Positions 15,548-28,592 of a stretch of DNA of 64,000 nucleotides are shown here, piece after piece; within the stretch, counting starts at the first letter, position 1, and each line of letters starts with the position of its first letter. The stretch covers positions 1,426,001 through 1,490,000 of the forward strand of contig NC_045138.2 in the NCBI RefSeq assembly GCF_008831285.2, written 5' to 3'. The notes under the pieces are model-generated. The model searched no databases and had not been told where the DNA came from. It saw nothing but the letters and a program-made list of their open reading frames with translations. Made by a program: the position numbers and the translations under genes. The stretch is from Nymphaea colorata. Lineage: Eukaryota.

Positions 15548-16935
15548 GGCCCATGTCCATGACGGCAAGCACCACGTGCTTAATGGCAACGGAAGTTTCT
15601 CATATGCACTCGATTTATCAAAAATTTACAAAGTCACCATTTGGCTAAACATGTGTATTGAGTTTGTTATGGTTTTTCATTTGCCATCTAGAAAAACCCC
15701 AACCAAATAAATGAATAATCACATGATAATAAAAGAAAAAAATGTAGATTGTCTAGTTAAATAACCAACGTAATCAGAAAAAAAAAAGATGGCAATGAAA
15801 CCATGGAACAAACTTTGACATTCTTTTAGAAATTTAAAATGAAGATAAACAAACTATGACCAATTCTCTCATATTAGATTGGAACCATGTGTTATTTATA
15901 TTCAAAAGAACATCAATTGAATAGAATGATGAACTACTTTTAAATTAGTTCTAAGAGTTTTTGTGCAGAGAAGAGTTGGAAAACCCAACCGTTGCTGTTA
16001 TTTAAACAAATACAACTTGCCAAAGCTTATTCAAACTAAAATAGAAAAAGTACATTGAAATGATGGAAATTTTCATTTTAGTCTATCTTTTGTTTATAAT
16101 TTCAAAAAATGTGAAACTTTTCTTTGATTTTTTTTTTCATACGAATCAACCTTTCCATGAAAACTATCAAATGGGTCTGAAATGAATCTTTGTTACATCA
16201 AAAAACAAAAACCTGTAAGCTGTAATTTTCTTTTCAACGTTACCTTCTATCTATGCATTACACTTTTAGCTTTTAAGCTAAGTCCTTTTGTTCTTCAAGT
16301 TAGTAAAAGTTTACTTGATAGCTTTTATAAAAAGTGTGGCCTTCATTTTAAAGAAAGTGTGAAATAAATCCTTCTTTTTCATGTCACCAATTCAATTTGA
16401 ATCAGGCGAGCCGATTAGGAATGCATATTTATAAATTTATTTTTAGTTTTTCGAATTAATTGATTATCTATCTTAATTTAATGAATAAATAAATACAGTA
16501 TATACCTGTCTCGGCCTTGCGTATCGGGCGATACAATTTTAATGATAATACTGTGTCGGTCTATTGATTCCTTAGCTTGGCTAAGGAGAACCTTACAAAA
16601 AGAGGCCTGCCGATTTTAGGGGCGGTTTTGTAAATAAATAATTAAGAGAATACCGTTTGTGAAGTTGGAAATCATCCTAGATTCTTGCGGTGTATGGGAT
16701 GTCCAAGTTACGGTTTTGAAAATACGGTCCATTACTTAAATCGATTTGACGAATTAACTCTCCTCAACTGCTTCAGTACAGTCAGGATTTGATCTTTCTT
16801 CTTCCTTGGTTTTTTTCATTTCTGCGGATGCCATCTTTGCGACTCTTCTTTCACTGATAAAGACTGCTTCCTTACTTTTGAAATGATGCCCTGAACCCCT
16901 ACCACCTTCCTGAGGAACAATCCACAGGTTGGTCC

Positions 16936-16967
<32 letters not shown>

Positions 16968-17677
16968 GCTTGTCGTTTTGTTTTCCATGGTCAGAGAGAT
17001 TGACTGGTTCATTAGGATTTATTTTCCTTTAGTCGTTTTGGGTACTCAAGTTTCATCTTGGACTTCGGGCGCTCATCTACTGACAATCTTGCTTTCGGAT
17101 CTGGGCTCTCTTATTTCTGCAGAGCTTGCAGAAGTGAATATTGTCTTTTGGTAGCTTTTAGGATGTTCGTATCTGTTGGATTTGGAAACCAAATCTTAGT
17201 TGCTGAAGAATATGTACCCCATGTTTGTATCCTCTGCTTCTTGTTCCCGAGCTCGAGCAGCCTAGCTCCGTGCTCCCCTCTGTTTTCTTCCCTGAATCTG
17301 GGTGGTTTCCTTTTTCTCCTTTCTTTAGATTTTGTGGTTGGGACTTGGGAGGCTACTCCGAGGAATTCAACTGTTTTGTTCTTCGGTGCTTTCGGAAAGT
17401 AGTTTTGCGTATGCTCCTGGTATGGTCCAATCTGTCGTTGTTTTCTGAATCTGGATTTTGATTCTTCTGGTCGGTGGTTCTCGGTGATAGGTTTCTCACC
17501 GACAGGATTGGTCTTGTCTCGGTTTCATTAGTGATTAATTGTTCGGGTCTGAGATATTTGATTTGTTGTTTCTCACATCGTTCTTACTTGGACTCTGCAG
17601 GTTTTGTGCCTTGGGTGCTTACTGTTATGATGAAAATAAGAGCGGATGATGTCTTTCTTTGCTGAAACTGCATTAGA

Positions 17678-20600
17678 ATGAGAGGACTTTCGAGTGCACT
17701 GCTCAATTCTAATGAGCACAGGCATCGACAATCAGGATCACTGTGTGCTCTCTCTCTCTCTCTCTCTCTCTCGCTCTCTACTTTATTGATTCACGTAAAT
17801 TTCACGTTGCTGATGCTTCTAGGCAGGGTGTGTGCATTTGGGTACTCGCGGTTGCAGTATAAGATTCATACAAACCATTGTCTTTTTACATGTTGATTAT
17901 TTGTATATATTTCCATTCTATGTAGCGATTGGTCCACAACAAACTCACGGATGAGTTTTAGTTAGAATGTCTTTGCTAAGAGTTTATGCGGAAGAGTCAA
18001 CTGGATCTTGTCTACCTTACAACTGCTTGTGGGGCATTTGGTATCAGGTAGAAAAGTCTATGTAGATAATGCTTTTAACTCCACATGCGTGGGGTCTCTT
18101 GTTCTTGATTAGCTGTTGGAGCATCCTTATGAGGTCATACTGGTGTTAGATCAACATGCAAATTTATCGCTTGAACTTTGAAGGGCCAAGGGGTATAAAA
18201 TGGACTCGAACTTTTGTGGCATGACATCTCCATCTGACTGTGTTTTCCTTTTGCTATATCCCAGAACTTCACAAGAATGATTTTACCCTGGACCCATATG
18301 ACATTGGACTCATCCATTTGTATGTATCTGAAGTTAGTTTGGAAATGGCAAAAAGGCTGTTGTCTGCTGCATGGAATAGCCAACAGAGATTTTCTTACAC
18401 CATTCAATGAATCTGATGACTTTAAGGCTTTGGCACACTCCTTTTGCTTGGCCATTTCATTACAGTAAGAGGATTCAGATTGTGATATTGTGACTAATGC
18501 TGTACTACTCTGAGCTATTCATCATTCAACCTTTTTTTTGGTCTGTGATAAAGTGTTGCTAATAGGTAGCAAACGATTAATATTAAACAAGTAGCTTGGA
18601 GAACAAGAAATTCAGTTTTTCTCTTTGAACTGCAGAAATTTTTTTCCTTTCCCAAATGGCCAAGTTGGGGATAGCACTCTACCCAAAGATGTAGCATGTA
18701 TGGCCTTCAATATTTTTGTTCTTTTCATTTGGTTTGGGTTTCTGGTGTCCAATGACGACCTTGTCTAGTTTTTTTTTTTGTGCTACTTTTCTCCAATCAT
18801 TCCATGTTTAGGCTTCAGATTGAATGAGTTTTAGTAATGCTACAGAGCCCGTACAATACAAAGTTGAGTTGAAGTTATACCAACGAGTTCCCCTTTTGAA
18901 CATCTAAACACCTTACTCATTACTTGGTACTATAGTTTGTGTCACCAAAATATTTTAACTGAAGCATGATAGGAGCATGTCTGTTCTTTGGCTAATTTTT
19001 CATTCAAAGTTGTATTCTTGGGAAGCACAAGTTGGAACGAGTCCATGAGAGCTGTACTGGTGCAGTTGGGTTTACCAGAATGCTGTCTATATGGCCACTG
19101 AACTGATGGTTACTCTGCACTTTTTAACCACCATAGTATGAAATGCATGCATGCACGGAGACACAGTGTACTCTGGTATTATGCTTAGTTGTTTTATGTC
19201 TCATTTCCACATGTGTAGCTGCTTCTTTTTATCATGTAAATGATGATGTGCTTCATCATATACAGTGGGTCTGGTGAAGAGACAAACAAGAGAAGGTTGC
19301 AGAGGACTAAGGATGTCAAAGATGTTGACAAGTCTGGACATGGTCCTGTACAAGACAGGAGTTCAATCTGCAAGTTTCTTTCTCTGAAGATTGTCCTTGT
19401 CTGTATCATATTGTGTACTTGTATAACAGTGTTCTTCTGTCCAGCTGTAATTTATTATGACAACCCCACAGGATCCAGCTCCCGGTATGCCACCTTCACC
19501 ATCTACATTTAGTCTGTTCTTCTGAGTGGATGAATCTTAGGTTTGCAGTTTTGTTTGTTCAGTTTCTTTTCTTTCTCCTTTCTAACATTGTTCTTGTGGG
19601 GAAATGGCCAGAAAGATTCCACTATTTTGGAACTGGTAGTGGCTTCTGCATCATAGTTTATTCACACTACTCAGCATCTTTTGTTAGTTTTTCTTTGATT
19701 TCACTTCACCCATAGTGTAATAGTTTTCTAGAATCAAGTTCTGAGGACCAAGTGCATGCACCTAAGAGAGGCATTTTTTTTCTCTTTTTTCCATGCCCAG
19801 ATTTGTGGATGTTGGGTGGCTGTGGGAGAGGACAGGCACAAATGCAAAATACGTATCAGATTTAAATATTGACTGGATTCAGGTTTCAACTGTTTTGGAA
19901 AAAACTATCAGGTTAGGAGGACATCAGACAGTTGGGTTGCTAAGTTTTAATAGCAGTGAAGTCCATGAATGGCGAAAGATCTTACCAGGTGTAAACTCTG
20001 TGAGTCTATCTCTAGAACATGTAAGATCTGGTGTTACATGGGAGACACTGTATCCTGAATGGATTGATGAAGAAGAAGAATCAGAAGTCCCAAGTTGTCC
20101 ATCAATGCCTATGCCTGAGGTTCAGACAAGGTTACGTTTCAGTCTTATCGCTGTAAAGCTTCCTTGCCAGAAAACAGCAAAAAACTGGTCCAGAGATGTG
20201 GCGCGGTTGCATCTGCAGCTTGCTGCTGCAAAACTTGCTGCTTCTTCAGCGGGAAACTCAATTCATGTGTTATTCATGACAGACTGTTGGCCTCTCCCAA
20301 ACCTCTTTACATGCAAAGAACTCATCACTCATGACGGTAATATGTGGATATACAAACCTGACTTGAAGATCCTACAGAAAAAGCTCCGGCTACCAGTCGG
20401 GTCTTGTGAACTTTCTGTCCCACTTAAATCCCAAGGTTGGTTGAACTTTACTGTAAAATATCTTCCCTGCATTTTTCGTGAATTGCAGCATTTATAAGTT
20501 ATCTAGGAACATAAATCCCATGGATTACTCTCCCTCCATTTTCGTTCAATTAAAAATAATATTCTTATTGTTGGTTCTTGTACTTCATTGCATCTCTCTC

Positions 20601-22102
20601 TCTCTCTCTCTCTCTCTATAAGGCACATGCATGTATGCATAAATTTGTGTACTAATAATACACTGTAGGTTAAAGTTAGGCACTTGGGAATCTCTAGGAA
20701 GGACCTTGCTAGGTCGTGTTTTAGTTGACCCAATGTGAGTTTTCTAGGTCACCATCAACTGAAGAAATCTGCTGTTAACTTATGCCAGTTGATTTTTGGA
20801 CTAGGTTCCTCTGTGAAGTCCCCAAAAGAAAAGCTATTTGATAATCCTAAACACATTTATTTGTGAATTTAGGGCCATCCATTGAGGAGTGGTGTGTGGT
20901 AAGAAATGAGTATCCTTATTAGGTACATAAGTGCGGCTTTTCAACTCAAAAGAAAATGTTCATAATTTTGGTAGCATTTTTTTCCCTTTTCTTGCCCCAT
21001 TAAATATTAAATTCTTGAAAAGTATTGTAATCTTTCTCACGAGAAACTCAATGTCTAATATGGTTTTCTATGGGCAGAGAGATTTTACCATGGTAACAAG
21101 CGGCGGGAAGCATATGCAACAATTCTTCATTCTGCTCATATATATGTCTGTGGGGCAATTGCTGCTGCTCAGAGCATACGATTTTCTGGCTCCACAAGGG
21201 ATCTTGTAATACTTGTTGACGAAACCATCAGTGAACATCACAAAAGTGGTCTGGAAGCTGCTGGGTGGCAAATCAGAACAATCCAGAGGATCAGAAATCC
21301 GAAAGCAGAGCAGGATGCTTACAATGAGTGGAACTATAGCAAGTTTCGTCTATGGCAGTTGACCGACTATGACAAGATAATTTTTATTGATGCCGACCTC
21401 CTGATCCTAAGAAACATTGATTTCCTTTTTGAAATGCCTGAGATAACAGCTATCGGCAACAATGCTACGCTTTTCAACTCCGGGGTAATGGTGATTGAGC
21501 CTTCAAACTGCACTTTCCAACTGCTGATGGATCATATCAACGATATAGAGTCCTACAATGGTGGTGATCAAGGTTATCTTAATGAAATATTTACATGGTG
21601 GCATCGGATGCCAAAGCATATGAATTTTCTTAAGCATTTTTGGTCAGGTGATCCGGATGAAAAAGAATTGAAGACCCGTCTTTTTGCAGCTGACCCCCCT
21701 GTTCTTTATGTCCTCCATTACTTGGGCTTGAAGCCTTGGTTGTGCTTCCGGGACTATGATTGCAATTGGAACAATGACATTTTGCACGAATTTGCAAGTG
21801 ATGTGGCACATGAGAGATGGTGGAAAGTTCATGACCTCATGCCTGAGAATTTGCAGAAATTTTGTTTGCTTCGATCAAAGCAGAAGGCATCACTTGAGTG
21901 GGATCGAAGGCAGGCAGAGAAAGCAAACTATGCAAATGGCCACTGGAAGAGGAACATCACCGACCCGCGGCTAAAAACTTGTTTTGAGGCATTCTGCTTC
22001 TGGGAGAGTATGCTGTGGCATTGGGGTGAAACCAATTGGACAGACAATGCGACTGCAACTGCTACTCCTGCTATACCTACTGCTTCACTTTCTAGCTTAT
22101 AA
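17678..22102 (+). CDS. GUX3: GT8 UDP-glucuronate:xylan alpha-glucuronosyltransferase (GUX3/PGSIP2-like), 4 coding exons
   Basis: Exons 17678-17742, 19266-19484, 19801-20435 and 21078-22102 are phase-compatible. Type II TM helix (KIVLVCIILCTCITVFFCPAVI); WSRDVARLHLQLAAA; REAYATILHSAHIYVCGAI; YNEWNYSKFRLWQLTDYDKIIFIDADLL (DxD); NGGDQGYLNE; HYLGLKPW. The C-terminal CFWESMLWHWGE favours the GUX3 paralog, though the paralog call is from recall. Probable 5'UTR intron ~16928-17600. Confidence 0.92.
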
Positions 22103-23100
22103 TCTTCATTTCCTTTCTTGATGTGTTGTTTTACCAATTTTTTGCTGTTGTCTGCCAAATGCATTATGGGATTTAATAATATTAGAGCTAAAATTAAGTA
22201 GGGTAATGGTGGTCATCCATGGTTGGGTCCATACGAGATTGAGATCAAAGTTTTGTATTGTATGTAGTTTCTGCGGACAGCTTAAATCCTATTGAAAATA
22301 GAACAAGGAGAATCTTCAATCATGAGAATTAGATGTTCTTGGTGGGGTTCACTTTTCTTTTCCCTTTTCTTGTTTCCTTGTTGAGGGAGATCACGTTGTG
22401 TTCTGTATATACCACAGTTTGCTAAGCTCGGAAACGCAAACCGTTTCCTGCTTTGGCTTTTTTAATGCAATACATTCCAGGCATCTTTCTAATGTTTTTG
22501 TCTTCCAGAACTCTATAGCCTTCTTGAACTTGAAGAGCTTAAAGTCCACTTTCAGTCACTCCTGCGTACTTGAAACTCAAGAAATTTATATGAAAATTGT
22601 CACATACATCAAGTGCAATAAACTGCGGCTGAGTTTCATGCAACGAATATGCTTTTTGCTGTGATATTGCTGCCAAGCTAAGTCACATACGGAAATTAAG
22701 GAAGCCTATTAATCATCAGATTCCACACTCTACAAATATAGGTCAAAATGAATTCACAAACGATTCTACCTTTTCATGTTTTATTTACAGATGTTGGTTG
22801 CTAGTACTGTGGGCATCTGTGATCTTGCAGTAGCTTTTACTTTTGCAATTTTCTGAATATTTGAACGAGCTGAACAAGATATATCAAGAAAAACAAAAAA
22901 TATTATCAAAAGCAAAAAATAATCTAGCTCATTAGCAAATCTCAACTGTAATAGAGAAAAAAAAAAAAAGCAAAACTTGTAGCTTATCGATGAGATCTCT
23001 TGAGAATGAAATTAATCTTAAACAAACACAAAAACCTTCCAAAGTTTGGTTAAATTAAAATAACTGCCTAACCTTTGTGAAATTCTATACAGCCGGACCC

Positions 23101-23270
23101 TTTTTTTGTTAAATTAAAATAATGTGTAGCAATGGAGCAGGACTATGACTCTCAGGAGGGGGCCTAACCCCCATGCAACTTTTGTCCGGGACTATGACGC
23201 ACAGGAATTCGAAACCCAGACCCAATTTTTTGTGAGTCGCCTTGTCACCCAGTTGCGCTATGCCTTCAGA
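23101..23270 (-). mobile_element. tRNA-derived SINE candidate
   Basis: Minus strand shows a Pol III A-box TAGCGCAACTGG (23260-23249), a B-box GGTTTCGAATTCC (23216-23204), a short body and an A7 tail (T-run 23101-23107). No clean cloverleaf or clear TSD. Confidence 0.6.
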
Positions 23271-24996
23271 GCCGCCGCTTGAATTAAAATAGTATTTATT
23301 AATAAACAATTTAAGGATGAAAATAAACTAAAAAAATACAGAAATTTGGTTTATATATAACAAATCTGACAATCTAAAAATTAAATAAACTCTTATTAAA
23401 TTTCACCAAATTAAAAGAACTGCCAATCCTTGAAGAAATACCACGGCAGCCGAAATAAAAAGATTGTCAATCCTTCAAGAAATAGAAACTGTTAACTGCT
23501 TGGTTAGTCTTTCTTTTTCTGGTTAACTGCTTAGTTCACTAATTTTTTTACCTCTCGATACTTAAAAAGTACACTTATCTTTATCATGGAGATAAACTGT
23601 CCGGACTCGGTTATCCAAACCTCATAAATCATAATCAATGGGATTCAAACTTTAAATTTCTAAAGCCAATTCAGAATCTGAACAGCAAGCTTTTTTCAGA
23701 TCTCTTAGGTTGCGTATGAATATGATTACCGTGGATTTGAAATCTGCGGCTTTCAAATCCGAACCCCCCACCTCCCACTCAAAGAAAAAAGAAATCCCAT
23801 TTCAAATCCACACTTTTTACATTTTTAGGATTTGAAATCCATGTTAGGAGTAGAAGCTGAAATCCACGGTTTGATACAACTGTTGGTTTCAGCTATCACA
23901 GATTTGAGATTCCTTCGGATTTGAGATTCGCGGGGAATCACAAACACAGCCTTACTGAATTTTGAATCTGACACGTATATACAAGTTGGCGCTCCATCTG
24001 TGTTTGGATTTTTTTTTATCTTTCGGATCCGATCTGATGATGTGGATTGGGTTTGCAATTGAAAACAACCTCTTTAACTTTTTTTTTTCCTTTACTTGTC
24101 TCTTTCTTCACTAACTGATAATTAATGGGCAACTTATCATCAAAATGTGTGCTTTGAAAGGCTGTAGGGCTGTACAACTAGTCGAGCTAACTAGAGCGCA
24201 ACTCAAACTCCTTCAGTTAGCTTCGGCTCGTTAGTAAATGAGTCGAACTCGAGCTTATAAACGAGTTGCGTTTGAGTTACATGAATGCACCAGACTTGAT
24301 AGGAATCATTTAAACTATTGACTTCAAAGAGATTGAATGCTAGAAATTAAGTTACAAATATGAGCCAAACTTTTTTTTAAGACTTCAAAATTACCCTTTA
24401 AATATGGAGAGAGAGACCAGTTCCTTTGCTAAAGCCACTTATCTTCTTTGAGGGGCATTTCAGACTTTAGAAAACAAGTGATTTTTATATTTTACAACTT
24501 TATATATATATATATATATATATATTTGAAACAGGTAGCTACCCGCTTTCCTATATATATATATATATATATAGGTCTGGATTTCGAGTTCCATTCACTT
24601 TTTAGTCTGGATTTTGAGTTCCTTTCACCTTTCAAGATTTACTAAAGGTTCTCAAAAGGAAAAATATAATAGAAGAAGGAAGAGAGAGAAAAATAGATGT
24701 GAGAGTGAAAAAAATATAATATCAAGCTGCAGGTTGAACCAATATTTATATATAGTGTGTGAGTGTCTGAATAAGAGCAAAAGCTCTTATCGTATTTGAT
24801 TGTGCAGTCGTGAGCTTCGTCGCTAAGACCACATGTTAGATAGATCAATTTATTTTAAAAGGTCAATGCTTTAGATTTTCTGGAAATATAATGCTAAAGA
24901 ATGTTGTTTATGCATCCAAATAAACACCTAAGAGAGAAAGTTTATTTGACAATCTTAGATTTGCTGCCTCATGAAGTTCGTCCCTTTTAGATTTCA

Positions 24997-25080
24997 TAAC
25001 TTCTCTCTAACCATAGAGTTTTGATATTTTAGACATATTAACTTCTCTCTAACCATAGAGTTTTGATATTTTAGACATAT
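24997..25080. repeat. Perfect 42-bp tandem duplication
   Basis: TAACTTCTCTCTAACCATAGAGTTTTGATATTTTAGACATAT x2. Confidence 0.95.
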
Positions 25081-25146
25081 TTTTGTACAACCGAGTTCTA
25101 AGATTTTTAGATCTCATAATCTAGGACTTCAAATTCTCAACTTTTA

Positions 25147-25554
25147 GGGGGCGTTTGCTTGGCAGGAAAAGCACTGTTCAACAGGAAAAAAAATTCAAAT
25201 TTTTAAAACTTTTCCATTTGATCAAACATGGAAAAAAAATTTGAACCGTTGGAGATGATTCTGGAAAAATATTTCCGGAAAAATTTCTCCAGTCAGAGGG
25301 GTGGAGAAATTTTTCCAGAAATTTTTTTGTGACCGTTGGAGGAGGAAATTTTTTCTCCCTCCTCCCTCTTTCTCTTCTTCTTCCTTCTTCCTTACCATTC
25401 CCATCAAACAAAGAAATTTTTTTCTAGAAAAATAATTCCTCCATAACAAACACAAATTTGGAAAAACGGAAAAAATTTTCCGTTTCTTCAATTCCAGAAA
25501 TTTTTTTCTAGAAATTTTTTTCCAGAAATTTTTTTCTGACCATCAAACGGCCCC
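25147..25554. mobile_element. Tourist-like (PIF/Harbinger) MITE
   Basis: TIRs GGGGGCGTTTG / CAAACGGCCCC (1 mismatch); TTA on both flanks; internal repeats of CCAGAAATTTTTT. Confidence 0.8.
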
Positions 25555-25704
25555 TTAAGAAGATTTGGTATGTTATGTTTGAAAGATGCAAGGGTTATAC
25601 ACCATAGATTTGTAAACCTTGTATACTGAAATCGATATCAAGTCAAATCCTCCTCTTAGTCGAGTTTTGTGGATTTAAGATGAAACGGTTATATGAAATG
25701 CATG

Positions 25705-25856
25705 CAGGGTGAAGCCAGAAATTTTTCATGTGACATATGCCGAAATACCATTTTTCAAATTTTTTATATAAGATAAGTAAAATTTTCTAAAATTTACATG
25801 TAAATTTTTAAGTTTTTTTTTTGAGGTGGGGCCAGGGCCCATGCCGCCCGCCCCTG
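25705..25856. mobile_element. hAT-type MITE (CAGGGGYGGAGCCA family)
   Basis: Ends CAGGGTGAAGCCAG / CGCCCCTG with a perfect 8-bp TSD AATGCATG. The same internal sequence recurs many times in the window. Confidence 0.85.
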
Positions 25857-26354
25857 AATGCATGGTCCTCAAATCCACAATTTGCTGGAAATGTAAATTT
25901 AAGTTGTGCTTATTGTGGAACAAATTCCTCAAATTTAAGGTCAAGAATAATCAATTAAACACCTAAAGTCATTGGAATTCGATTCTAGAATGTAATGTTT
26001 CGGACACTATATAATAGGAGTTGTGGATTTTTCCGTTCATAGACATGTACACACATGTATTTGTACATCTGATGATGTCTCTCAGTGGCAGACATTAATT
26101 TTTAAAATCTAACCATACAAATAAATGCAAAATGTAAAAAAACACATTAATAAAAAAATCATAAAACATTGAAATTTGATCTATATATTTGATTCCTTGA
26201 TTTTTTTTTTAAAGATCTTCTGAATTTGAACAATTTGCAATGTCCATTTATACAATTGAATTTGTGAAAAAAAAACTTGTAATACACATGAGATCCAGAA
26301 ACTCATAAACCAAGATAAAAGTGAAAGTCATAATCTTCTCTCTCTCTCTCTTCC

Positions 26355-26391
<37 letters not shown>

Positions 26392-26976
26392 ATATAAAAA
26401 CAAAAGTAAAGAATATATGGCTTTGAGTACACGAAGGTGATATGAGTACTTTTTACGTGGAAGAATGTTTGTCCTTTGGATCATGCAGAATTTTACCATT
26501 CAAAAAGGCCTTGGCCGCACTTTTGCTATCCTCATCTTCTCAATTATTTATTTAAACATAAATAAATTTTTCGGTAGCACACTAAAAAAAAAAGCAATAA
26601 CTAGAGCCACTTCTGTCTTCTTTTTTGTGGTTCATCGAAAACACTCATAAACTCTTATATGTTTAAGTGACAATTTATTTTTTACCCCCACAAAAAATAT
26701 CACATACGATGTTTTCATGCATCACTCTATAGTATTAATGAAAAGAATTATTTTGATGTGAATAAATAAAATATTTTGAGTATGGTACTTAAATATGAAT
26801 TGTTAATACTATTTGACAAAGTTAAAAAAGTTAATAAAAATGACCTAATATTTAATTTGCTCGTGATGTAACCAACTTAGTTTACTGATATACTATTCGA
26901 TACGATTTAACATAGTAAAAGAAAACATAAAATTTGCATGTAGCAAAGGATTTTAATCATGTTATTTTGATTTGCC

Positions 26977-27420
26977 CAACTTAGATTAGCAATAATCTAG
27001 AGTTTAATCGACACGAATTTATTTTCTGTTAATTACACACAACTTAGATATGTTTTTTAATAATATGAAAAAGGTAAGGGTATTTTTAACCAACTTAGAA
27101 TAGTAATAATCTGGAGTTTAATCAACACAAATTTATTGCGTTTAATTACGCACAACTTAGATATGTTTTTAATAATATGAGAAGTTAAGGGTACTTTTAC
27201 CCAATTTAGAGAGTAATAATCTAGAGTTTAATCAGCACAAATTTGTTCCGTTAATTACACACACTTAGATACGTTTTTAATAATATGAAAAAGTTAAGGG
27301 TACTCTTACCCAACTTAAATTAATATTAATATAGAGTTTAATAAAAACAAATTTATTTTGTGTTAATTATAAAAAAATAGATATGTTTTTAATAATATGA
27401 AGAAGTGAAGGGTACTTTTT
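26977..27420. repeat. Minisatellite, 4 copies of a ~109-114 bp AT-rich unit
   Basis: Units start at ~26977, 27091, 27202 and 27311 (CAACTTAG...AATAATCTAGAGTTTAAT...CAACTTAGATATGTTTTTAATAATATGA...AAGGGTA). Confidence 0.9.
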
Positions 27421-28592
27421 TTTTTCACTAAGGGTATTTTTTGCTATTGTTAATTTTAAGTATATATCCAAATTTTCTATTTTTTGAATAATAATAAAAG
27501 AAAACACGCAGATCTCACCCTCTGTAACTTGTCATTATCTGATAAATCTTTGAGCAAGTTCTACTCCGAACAGTTCTGAACTCATCTTCATACTGTCCAG
27601 TCTAGTTGGTGGGTCTTTTTTGCAGTCGGTTAAAATATATCACGACTTCAACACGTGCCGAAGAGTCACGATTACAGACTCTCTGTGGCGCAAGGAGCAG
27701 TAAAAAAAATGCAGAAGAGAAAAGAAATTCGTTTTCTCTTTACAGAGAGGTTGAAAAGCGAAGATTGCACACAAAGGGACAAACTTGTATATTCCCAAGA
27801 ATATTCGACTGAAATCTTCTGCTTTCTTGCACTAAACTCCATGCAAAGTATGGGATAAATCCAGAAAATCGAGGCTAAAAAACTGAGGGACAAGTACCCA
27901 ACACGCGTTCAAAGACGAGGGTGCGTGGATGTGGAGGAAAGCAACACGAAGGAGACAGGGAGAGGGAGAGTTGTGGTCTAGTTTTAGATTCATTTCTCTG
28001 AAACTTCTCATAAGGTTTCTGAAAGCTGCCCATTAGTGGAGAAGTTAACATCAGCATTTTGGAGGAATTTATTGGGCTTGTCATATGTGATTTACCAGCT
28101 AAAGGGGAATGATTTTTCAAATTTCACAGGGAAAACGGGAAAATACTACCATCTTCTTTCCTTCGATTTAACTGATACTGAATCTGAGTTAGAAGATAAC
28201 TTTTGATGGGTAGGTATTTAAAAAAAAAACTAAACTAAACTTTCCATGTGGGGAGGTACAATAATTGGCAGTATATTCTGTATACTTTGCAGTATATATA
28301 CACGGATCATTTGAATCATTTAAACGACTATTTGCCAACTTCACCGAGAGAGAGAGAGAGAGTTGCAGTAGTCCAATGACACGCCATCAGAGGTATACAT
28401 CTGTTGGGTATAAGCTGTAGATGCGTGCTCGTTGGTATGGAAAACTAGAGAGGTAGAGAGGGAAAAAGATCTTCGTGGCATAGTCTGTGGCTGTCTACGC
28501 ACCACCATGAAAGAGTAAAACCCATCAGCAGAACGGATATTCTTTATCTAACAGCAAGAGGAAGAGATAGAGGACGAGAGAAAGAAGGAGAA

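Noticed and set aside
17058..17665. ORFs of 63-114 aa upstream of GUX3
   Set aside because: T-rich sequence mostly within the inferred 5'UTR intron, mostly non-ATG starts and no recognisable motifs.
23204..23265. Functional tRNA gene
   Set aside because: A and B boxes are present, but acceptor and anticodon stems cannot be formed convincingly; better explained as a SINE head.
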